A stretch of DNA of 64,000 nt from Patescibacteria group bacterium (GTDB lineage Bacteria; Patescibacteriota; Saccharimonadia; CAILAD01; JADZBC01), in NCBI GenBank assembly GCA_052034495.1, contig JBPOIL010000003.1:18345-82344 (forward strand), read 5' to 3'. Under the pieces are notes generated by a model that made no database searches, was not told the DNA's origin, and worked only from the letters and a program-made list of their open reading frames with translations. Below are positions 56,645 to 64,000 of this stretch, in pieces. The position numbers were made by a program, and so were the translations under genes. Positions within the stretch are counted from its first letter, which is position 1, and every line of letters begins with the position of its first letter.

Positions 56645-57909
56645 GCGCTGCGGTTCCTCCCGATCCCCATCAAACTAAAAATAACAATCCCAAGCGTAGA
56701 ATCTGCCCAAGCGTGCAAGAACAGATTGGTAACAAGGAGGCCGCAAATGCTTGCTGCCAGAACTTGCCAAAAGAGGTCCTTGCTGCGTACCAGCTCAAAA
56801 ACATTTGCCCCAAAGAAGAGCAGGAATAATACAACGCCCAGAATACCGATTTCTATAGCTACCTGCAGATACCAGTTTTCAGTAATAACCGGCTGAGCGG
56901 AACGAAAGCTGGCAGGCCCAGCCGTACCGAGCCCATTGCCCCATGGGTGGTCTCTGACGGATTCAACTGCTGTATTGAGGGCAGTTATGCGGCCCGAATC
57001 CGAGCCTTCAATCTCTTGGGTCTGACTGTAGCGTCCGTGAAGCAAGAAGTATTGTAGCTGGGTATTCTGCAAACGAGCCGGCAATGTAGCGCTTATTGTT
57101 ATCAGCACAATTATGGCAGCGCCTACTAAGAAAGCAGTGGCGAACCTGATCAAGCGGTTGCCAAAAACGATTATTGCCACGAGAGCCGCAGTTGCCATTC
57201 CGAGCCAGGCACTGCGCGAAAACGAAAAAACAATACCAGAAAATGTCAGTATGGCACCAGCACCGAACTTAATCTGCTTCGTCCTGAAGAACATAGCGGC
57301 GCCTAAAAGTGTCGGCAGGATCAGGTAGGCGCCCATTTGGTTTGGACCGCCTAGAGTCGCGAAAGCTCGTATACTTTTTACTGCTGGGTCTACTAGTTGA
57401 AGTGGCCGAATCGTAACCTCACTGTACCCAATGGCACTCCACCAGTTCAAAGGAATTACGAACTCCTGCAGGATCGCCAATATTGAAACAACATATGCAG
57501 GCCACAGAATTAACTTACTTAGCGCACCCTCACTAAACTGCACTTTGCCCAACTGCATGATCAGATACAGTACCAAAGGCAATACAACCACTTTCAGCCC
57601 AAAAGCCGCCTGGACTGCCGGAACAGCTGAAATGATCGTGATAAATAGACCAAGGGCAATGAGCATAAGTGCACTAGTGTTAGCTGTGTCGAACCTAAAG
57701 GTGCGCCGCTTGGTTGATGCGAAGATGAAGACAGCCAAGCCGATCATGCCTATAATAAGCAGCTCTTTCCAGGCCTGCCAGTAAGCTTGGCCACCGATGA
57801 AGTACCCGAGAGAGATAGCCGCCATTGCATGAAACGGCATTCCAACCAAAAGTGCTACGACCCCGCCGTTCAGAACTCTAGATGGCAGTGTAGGTGTGGC
57901 AGATTTCAT
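56641..57909 (-). CDS. O-antigen ligase/Wzy-like membrane protein
   Basis: Multi-TM; RAFATLGGPN, SFSRSAW, GNGLG, ENWYLQ. Confidence 0.85.
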   Translation of the reverse strand: MKSATPTLPSRVLNGGVVALLVGMPFHAMAAISLGYFIGGQAYWQAWKELLIIGMIGLAVFIFASTKRRTFRFDTANTSALMLIALGLFITIISAVPAVQAAFGLKVVVLPLVLYLIMQLGKVQFSEGALSKLILWPAYVVSILAILQEFVIPLNWWSAIGYSEVTIRPLQLVDPAVKSIRAFATLGGPNQMGAYLILPTLLGAAMFFRTKQIKFGAGAILTFSGIVFSFSRSAWLGMATAALVAIIVFGNRLIRFATAFLVGAAIIVLITISATLPARLQNTQLQYFLLHGRYSQTQEIEGSDSGRITALNTAVESVRDHPWGNGLGTAGPASFRSAQPVITENWYLQVAIEIGILGVVLFLLFFGANVFELVRSKDLFWQVLAASICGLLVTNLFLHAWADSTLGIVIFSLMGIGRNRSA

Positions 57910-58913
57910 CGATTACTAATCACACTGCGCATGTAATCGTCTAGATTCTCAAGTGCGATCCCGGTGCCCTTTGCGACGCATAACAAGGGCTCCTCCGCCA
58001 CGTAGCTTGGAACCCCCGTTACCTTTGTCATGAGCTTGTCAATATTGCGCAGCAGAGCCCCGCCGCCCGTCATAACCATACCGCGATCTATAATGTCACT
58101 TGAAAGCTCCGGTGGTGTTTGCTCAAGTACCGCTCGAACTGCCAATATAATTTCATCAAGTGAATCACTCATTGCCTCGGTGATTTCAGTAGAGTTCAGT
58201 GTAATTGTTTTTGGCAGTCCAGCAACCATATCGCGGCCACGAATCTGCATAGTCATAGGCTTATCGAGTGGCAGGGCGCTGCCGATCTCTTTTTTTATTT
58301 CTTCGGCCGTTTGGTCCCCTACGACGAGGCTGTACTTTTTACGAACATAGTCTGCTATGGCTTGGTCGATCTTGTCACCACCTACGCGCACACTGTTCTG
58401 GGCTACGATGCCTCCGAGTGAGATAATTGCAACCTCGGTCGTTCCTCCACCGATATCTACTACCAAGTTTCCTGCTGGAGCAGCAATAGGCACCCCCGCT
58501 CCAATAGCTGCGGCAACCGGTTCGCGAATAATGTACGTGCGTTTGGCGCCTGCAGCAGAAGCAGCGTCGATAACTGCTCGCCGTTCAGTCGATGTAACTC
58601 CAGCCGGTACGCTAATCATCAGCTCGGGTCTTCCTAAACGGAAGCTACCGCTGACTTTATCAATGAAGTGTCGCAACATGGCCTGTGTAATTCGGTAGTC
58701 AGCTATTACGCCATCCTTCAGCGGCTTAGAAGCCGTGATAATGTCCGGCGTTCGACCCAGCATCTCGCGCGCCTCGTTGCCGATGGCGACTATCCGATTA
58801 TCATCTACACTGACTGCAACGACAGAAGGCTCGTTGGCGACAATGCCCTTTTTAGGAACATAAACAAGCGTGTTGGCAGTCCCTAGATCAATTGCAATGC
58901 GTTTTTTAAACAT
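57906..58913 (-). CDS. mreB: Rod shape-determining protein MreB
   Basis: IDLGTANT, EPSVVA, DIGGGTTE, TGGGALL. Confidence 0.96.
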   Translation of the reverse strand: MFKKRIAIDLGTANTLVYVPKKGIVANEPSVVAVSVDDNRIVAIGNEAREMLGRTPDIITASKPLKDGVIADYRITQAMLRHFIDKVSGSFRLGRPELMISVPAGVTSTERRAVIDAASAAGAKRTYIIREPVAAAIGAGVPIAAPAGNLVVDIGGGTTEVAIISLGGIVAQNSVRVGGDKIDQAIADYVRKKYSLVVGDQTAEEIKKEIGSALPLDKPMTMQIRGRDMVAGLPKTITLNSTEITEAMSDSLDEIILAVRAVLEQTPPELSSDIIDRGMVMTGGGALLRNIDKLMTKVTGVPSYVAEEPLLCVAKGTGIALENLDDYMRSVISNR

Positions 58914-58949
58914 AGCCTTATTTTAGCAAGCGGATGAGGGCAAGGCCAG

Positions 58950-60203
58950 CTAATCTACCCGCTCCATGCTTGCGCCAAGGCTATTGAGTCGTTTATCGAT
59001 AAACTCATAGCCTCGATCAATGTGCTCAACTCGATCAATAACCGTTGTTCCTTCGGCGATCATCGCGGCCAGCAAGATTGTAGCTCCCGCACGGACGTCG
59101 AAGCTAATCACATCGGTACCATGCAACTTTGTCGGGCCTTTTAGAAAACCAACGTGAGGGCCCTCAATGCCTACTTCCGCACCCATGCGTTGCAGTTCAA
59201 AGAGGTAATTCAGCCTGCCCTCATACATGATTTCGAATATCTCAGATCTACCTTCGGCTTGTGTCATGAGTACTGCGAATGGAGCCTGCAGGTCACTTGG
59301 GAAGCCTGGATACGGCTGTGTTTGGATATCGACTGCCTTAAGTGCCCGTGAAGGCTTTATATGAATCGTCCTGTTATTAATCAGTGTAAAGTTCACTCCC
59401 ATTTCAGCGAACTTGAGAAGTAGCATGTCGTGGTCGCTGGCCACGAACTCCTCTATCACTACGTCCCCCATGCCGGCGGCAGCGGCAATAGCCAACGTTC
59501 CTGCTTCGAGCTGATCCGGGATTATCGTGCCTTCACCCTCATGGAGAGAATCGACTCCCTCTATATCCAGTACAAAACCACCGATCCCGGATATTTTAGC
59601 CCCTAGGCTATTCAGGTATTCGCACAGAGAGACTACATGAGGCTCGAGTGCAGCCAGCCTGACCTGCCTTCGACCCTTCCCTAACACAGCCGCCAAAACG
59701 GCGTTTTCGGTAGGCGTGACGGTGCGCTCAGCATTCACGACGCAGTCGCCCTCTACTTTGCCAGTCAACTTAACGCCCGTGTCACTTGTAATAATTTCAA
59801 GGCCTAGATCTTCAAAAATACGTCCGTGCACACCCAGGGAGCGCGCCCCGATAATGTCTCCGCCAGGCTGTGCAATTGATATCTTGCCGAGTCTGCCAAT
59901 TGCGCCGCCCAAGACAAGGAGGGAGGCTCGCATTTTCCGAGCATCCTGTAGGTACGCATCTGAAGCAGTTAAGTTGGTTGAGTCGATCGTCAACGTCGTA
60001 CCACTGCGAACAACCGTGGCACCCAAGTTTGTAAACATACTCGTCATAACTTCAACGTCTGATATATGAGGTACGTTATGCAGCTTCGTAACCCCTTTAA
60101 CCAGCAGACATGCGGCCATCATGGGCAGCACGTGATTTTTATTACCAGCCACTCTAATCGTTCCTTTTAGTACGGATGGTCCTTTAACTATGAGTTTAGA
60201 CAC
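58950..60203 (-). CDS. murA: UDP-N-acetylglucosamine 1-carboxyvinyltransferase
   Basis: GNKN, MRAS, PGGDIIGAR, PYPGFPSDLQ, DVRAGA, HIDRGYE. Confidence 0.95.
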   Translation of the reverse strand: MSKLIVKGPSVLKGTIRVAGNKNHVLPMMAACLLVKGVTKLHNVPHISDVEVMTSMFTNLGATVVRSGTTLTIDSTNLTASDAYLQDARKMRASLLVLGGAIGRLGKISIAQPGGDIIGARSLGVHGRIFEDLGLEIITSDTGVKLTGKVEGDCVVNAERTVTPTENAVLAAVLGKGRRQVRLAALEPHVVSLCEYLNSLGAKISGIGGFVLDIEGVDSLHEGEGTIIPDQLEAGTLAIAAAAGMGDVVIEEFVASDHDMLLLKFAEMGVNFTLINNRTIHIKPSRALKAVDIQTQPYPGFPSDLQAPFAVLMTQAEGRSEIFEIMYEGRLNYLFELQRMGAEVGIEGPHVGFLKGPTKLHGTDVISFDVRAGATILLAAMIAEGTTVIDRVEHIDRGYEFIDKRLNSLGASMERVD

Positions 60204-60318
60204 GTGCTCTCCTTGGGTAATATAATTTGTCGAATCATTGTATCAGGCGTTGCCATACGGCACCATGCCCTGAATAGTTAACAAAACCAATAATTAAGAC
60301 TATAATCTAGACAATCTC

Positions 60319-61695
60319 ATGATATCTAAGCAGACTCAAAAAGCACTCACCTATATCTTTGCCATCCTTGCGATGGTTCTGGGCAGTATCTTCCTCGTGG
60401 CCATGGCGCAAGGCTACCGATACGACTTTCTGACGGGGCAAATTAAGGAGTCTGGGCTTGTACTGATCGATTCTCGGCCGAATGGCGCTGACATATACAT
60501 TAACGGCACCAGAAATAAGAATGCTACACCATACCGTCTGACAAACGCTCAACTGGGGCCCATGAACATTGAGCTTGTGAGGCCAGAATTTAGAGTCTGG
60601 AAAAAGTCACTTACTGTTGAAGCCCAACAGGTCAGTTTTGCAAATTATGCCTTGTTACTACCGCAAAAACTGGGTTATCAGGATTGGCTGCCAGAGTATA
60701 ATTTCGCGCAGATCGTCCAGTCCGGAGACCAACGTAGGTCATTTGCCATTTCTACTAAGCCGGAAACGGCCGTTTGGCAACTTAATGGGTCAGAAACACC
60801 TACGAAGTTATATACCCCGCAGCCCAATAGTGGTCCGCTAACTATCACCGATCTACGCGTTAACGAAAAAGGCTCGCGTCAAATTATTACGCAAACGAGC
60901 GGCACTGTTACTCAAACTATCGTAATAACGGATAAGGACTCATCACTGAACCTCACGGCCAATCTACAGGTTAGTGGTGGGAGTTTTGTATTCCACCCAA
61001 CTGACGATAATGCACTCTACTGGTTAAGCCCAGAAAAAGCCCTGCGTAGAATTGATATTGCAAGCCAAACTCTTGGGCCTGTTCTTGCACAGAACGTTCT
61101 GGCCTTTACCCCGTATGATAATCAAGTATTCGCGGTGCTTGGACCGGACGCAAATTCTACCAGGAACGCCCTGTGGCGTATCGACGGCTCAAATAGCGAT
61201 AAGTCCCGACGGCCGATACTCATACCTCAGAGCTCAACATACTCCCTTAAAAGAGATGAAGATCGCGCGGGCGAATACATTGCCATGCTCGCCCTTGAGA
61301 CGAAAGAGCTCGTTATTATCCGCGATCCTAACGGTCAAAAACCACTCACTGGATTATTGTCAAAGTCTGCCACAGCCTACACGATTAGCAATAATGGTCA
61401 AAGAATCATATACAACGCAGGCGACAAGCTCAAAACCTACGACCTAGAGCAGGCAGAACGTTTTGATTTTGGAGTAAGTTTGGCAAGTCTTCAGGCTTGG
61501 TCCTGGTACGACGACAACCATATTATAGTTGTGGCCAATGGGCAGTTAAGACTAATCGACTATGACGGCCAGAACGACCAGATTATTAGCGACCGAGGCG
61601 ACAATGTGGGCTTTAGTTCGTTCCGTCGCAGCGATGACATTATCTTCTATACAAACGCAGGGTTCTTAAAAGAAGTTAAACTTACTCAAGACTAA
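60319..61695 (+). CDS. PEGA-domain membrane protein with probable beta-propeller
   Basis: TM, AQGYRYD, SRPNGADIYING. Confidence 0.8.
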   Translation: MISKQTQKALTYIFAILAMVLGSIFLVAMAQGYRYDFLTGQIKESGLVLIDSRPNGADIYINGTRNKNATPYRLTNAQLGPMNIELVRPEFRVWKKSLTVEAQQVSFANYALLLPQKLGYQDWLPEYNFAQIVQSGDQRRSFAISTKPETAVWQLNGSETPTKLYTPQPNSGPLTITDLRVNEKGSRQIITQTSGTVTQTIVITDKDSSLNLTANLQVSGGSFVFHPTDDNALYWLSPEKALRRIDIASQTLGPVLAQNVLAFTPYDNQVFAVLGPDANSTRNALWRIDGSNSDKSRRPILIPQSSTYSLKRDEDRAGEYIAMLALETKELVIIRDPNGQKPLTGLLSKSATAYTISNNGQRIIYNAGDKLKTYDLEQAERFDFGVSLASLQAWSWYDDNHIIVVANGQLRLIDYDGQNDQIISDRGDNVGFSSFRRSDDIIFYTNAGFLKEVKLTQD

Positions 61696-61718
61696 CAATA
61701 TTAACTCGGCGCTGCCGG

Positions 61719-62885
61719 CTAGCTAACCTCCGGTAAGCGCTGCGGTCCAGCTGGCTTGTCCTCTTGGTTACCAGTTTGCTCTCGTTGCTCTGGCGTAAAG
61801 AACGCAACAACGTCTGTCCATATGCTACCGATTTGCTCACCAATGCTCGGTGCGTTGCTCGGGATGGATGCTGGCTTGGCAGGGTTTTCGACTGGCTGTT
61901 GACCGGGCTTCTGTGCTGACGCCACTTGCTCGACTGGCTCTGCGTCCGGGCTAGGTTGGATCTGCTTAGCCACAATTATAAGCCGCTGCCATGCTGTGCC
62001 TGGCGGGGTGCACGTAATGAGGGTAAGGACTGGATTGGGAGTAGGATTGAGTACCGAAACTTCCGAGGGTTCGACAACCTTCTTCTCAGTCACTTCATAT
62101 ACGTACTTGCGAGAAGAATAGTTAACTTGGACTTGGTCTCCAACCTCAAGCTTTCCTAAAAGAGCAAAAACAAATTTATAATCGCCTGACTCCCACCAGT
62201 CGTTCGAGGAATGACCGAATATGACTGCGTTGCCATTCTCGCCAGGCTTGGCGGTATTGGCATAATGAACAACTCCACTTTCGAGATCCTTCATTACTTC
62301 ATCTTCTGCCACGGAATCTGCATACACTATGGGCGCGCTTACATTAATCTTGGGTATTATAATTACGCTTTCTGGGGAGACTATACTAGCGTTCGTAGTG
62401 ACGGCGTTTGGATCTTGCAGCGCCATATTTTCGGCAGGCTTAGGTGGATTTAGGAAGTAGCCTATCTGTTGAGCTATGAGCTGGAAGTTAAAAAGCACGA
62501 TGAAAAGCAGGAACCCACCGAGTGCGTAGCCAATTGGCCGGAGGCGATGTTTGTGCTGATGAGCAAGCTGCACAGCTCGGTCTTTTGAATTGAGCTGTGG
62601 TGGGGCTGACGTTGGGGGTTCTGGCTGTGTCTGGGCCAAATTGGCCGCCATGGCTGCACTTGCCGCGGGGTAGGTGGTCTCTGCATTGGGGGAGCTTACC
62701 ACAGTGCCCTCTGGTGCCGAGGCCACTATAGCTGGCGGCGAAAAGCTTTCTGCCCGCTGCATTGGCTCAAAAACGGTTTGGGGCTGCTCTTGCGCGCCAA
62801 TAGACTCAGGCTCTAGTGGCTGCATTGGCTGGCCTTGAGTCATCTCTTCGACGCTTAGGGTGAATTCGGGTTTTTGTTCAGTCAT
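61719..62885 (-). CDS. Sortase with long N-terminal extension
   Basis: IPKINV, GVVHY, FGHSS, LTLITC, QRL. Confidence 0.9.
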   Translation of the reverse strand: MTEQKPEFTLSVEEMTQGQPMQPLEPESIGAQEQPQTVFEPMQRAESFSPPAIVASAPEGTVVSSPNAETTYPAASAAMAANLAQTQPEPPTSAPPQLNSKDRAVQLAHQHKHRLRPIGYALGGFLLFIVLFNFQLIAQQIGYFLNPPKPAENMALQDPNAVTTNASIVSPESVIIIPKINVSAPIVYADSVAEDEVMKDLESGVVHYANTAKPGENGNAVIFGHSSNDWWESGDYKFVFALLGKLEVGDQVQVNYSSRKYVYEVTEKKVVEPSEVSVLNPTPNPVLTLITCTPPGTAWQRLIIVAKQIQPSPDAEPVEQVASAQKPGQQPVENPAKPASIPSNAPSIGEQIGSIWTDVVAFFTPEQREQTGNQEDKPAGPQRLPEVS

Positions 62886-62953
62886 AGACAATATTTGTAC
62901 TCATCCATTATAATACAGGAGCTCTATGAATGGCTATTGAAGCTAAGCATTTT

Positions 62954-63038
62954 GCCAGAGTGGTGGAATTGGTATACACGCACGACTCAAAATCGTGTGC
63001 CGCAAGGCTTGTGGGTTCGAGTCCCACCTCTGGCACCA
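62954..63038 (+). tRNA. tRNA-Leu (CAA)
   Basis: GCCAGAG...CACGA-CTCAAAA-TCGTG, long variable arm, GGTTCGAGTCC...CCA. Confidence 0.95.
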
Positions 63039-63052
63039 GTAATTATCACACA

Positions 63053-63385
63053 CTACCAGCCCGCCCCGTACATAATTGCTCCGGCTATCACCAGGCCCTG
63101 GACGATAAAAAACAAACCTTGGTAGACCAATATTAGTCTGTCCTTATGCACGACTGCGTACCATAGCCAAATGGCCGTAAGAATTTCGTAGCCAATCCAC
63201 GATGAGAGCGATACGCCAGCAGCAGTCTTCTGCTGAAAGATTACCACGACCTGCGGGATAGTAATGATTGGCTCAAGTATCGCAGCTCCGTAGGTAAGCC
63301 TATCCACGACAAGTGGCTTGGCCTGCTTCTTCGCAATGAGGACGCGACGCTTTTTATGATGCAAATGGCGATGATAGCGAGTCAT
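63053..63385 (-). CDS. PQ-loop / SemiSWEET-like transporter
   Basis: TIPQV, AGVS, WLWYA; three TM. Confidence 0.8.
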   Translation of the reverse strand: MTRYHRHLHHKKRRVLIAKKQAKPLVVDRLTYGAAILEPIITIPQVVVIFQQKTAAGVSLSSWIGYEILTAIWLWYAVVHKDRLILVYQGLFFIVQGLVIAGAIMYGAGW

Positions 63386-63451
63386 ACATTATTCCTTATG
63401 ACCAAATCATAGCATAAGGACTATATGTGCGGCACTAATGGGAAAACCGAG

Positions 63452-63985
63452 CTATCCGAGGGCGTCGGCAATAGTATCCTTGATGAGGGCAGTTGCCCGA
63501 ACAGGGTCGGCAAGCTCTTTGGAGGCGCTCGTAATCATTTTAAACAGGTACCCTGCGGTCATAGCCTTCTCTAAATTGCCCCGGAAAGCAGCTGAAGGCT
63601 CTGTCGTGAGTCCAGCAATAAGCCCAATTAGGAGGCCCGAGTAGGCCTCGGTATTACTTACTTCAAGGTGCACTACGCCACAACGCCTGGATGAGTCTTG
63701 CGACTGGACAAGTACGACACCTTCGTGCCTACAGACTACATCTGCCTTTACGACCCTCTGTACTGCGTCCATGTGGTGCAGTAGATTGTAGATGCCGCGC
63801 CCAGGCCTATCCTCCACATGCATCTCTAGCGATTTTTCCAGCATCTTAAGACCCTGTAGGCTCAGAATGAACATCACATTGCCCCTAGAGCGAGCTTGCC
63901 TAGGTAAATTCGCATAGATCCCTACAGCCTCGTCTGTAATTATTACAGGGGCCTGAGTTTGGTCCATTATCTTCTCATAGAGCAT
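63452..63985 (-). CDS. Hypothetical protein
   Basis: 177-aa ORF near window edge. Confidence 0.55.
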   Translation of the reverse strand: MLYEKIMDQTQAPVIITDEAVGIYANLPRQARSRGNVMFILSLQGLKMLEKSLEMHVEDRPGRGIYNLLHHMDAVQRVVKADVVCRHEGVVLVQSQDSSRRCGVVHLEVSNTEAYSGLLIGLIAGLTTEPSAAFRGNLEKAMTAGYLFKMITSASKELADPVRATALIKDTIADALG

Positions 63986-64000
63986 ATGGCTACTGCTCGT

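Noticed and set aside
1-64000. Alternative genetic code (UGA=Gly)
   Set aside because: Conserved genes are full length in the standard code and TGA serves as stop in ATGA overlaps (e.g. der/pth, scpA/scpB)

Overview
The backbone is a small-genome bacterium, most consistent with Patescibacteria/CPR (Saccharimonadia-like; inferred from gene content: VirD4-like ATPase, sigma-r4/HTH protein, short AspS, DUF3048, PEGA protein, sortases; standard genetic code). It carries housekeeping genes (topA, dprA, pth, der, scpAB, aspS, gltX, nrdAB, metK, mreB, murA), two tRNAs, a SAM-I riboswitch and a Tyr attenuator. Main observation: about 17 short, GC-rich orphan transcription units are scattered between core genes. 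Nearly all have a sigma70-type promoter (mostly TTGAC/TTG-N16/17-TAnnnT), usually a leader with an SD, and a hairpin terminator that often ends in TTCGTTT, whereas many core genes look leaderless. Recognisable cargo targets transcription or chromatin (tandem RNAP alpha-CTD protein, actinobacterial-looking sigma70, Lys-rich histone-like protein, HTH protein), which suggests a host-adapted or host-derived module set (hypothesis). Other highlights: a deacetylase / Gly-rich LPNTG micro-peptide / sortase / GT2 cluster; five unexplained structured-RNA candidates, one with an anti-SD loop complementary to the nrdA RBS; and an NrdA lacking its C-terminal cysteines. All family calls come from motif recognition by eye; no searches were run.
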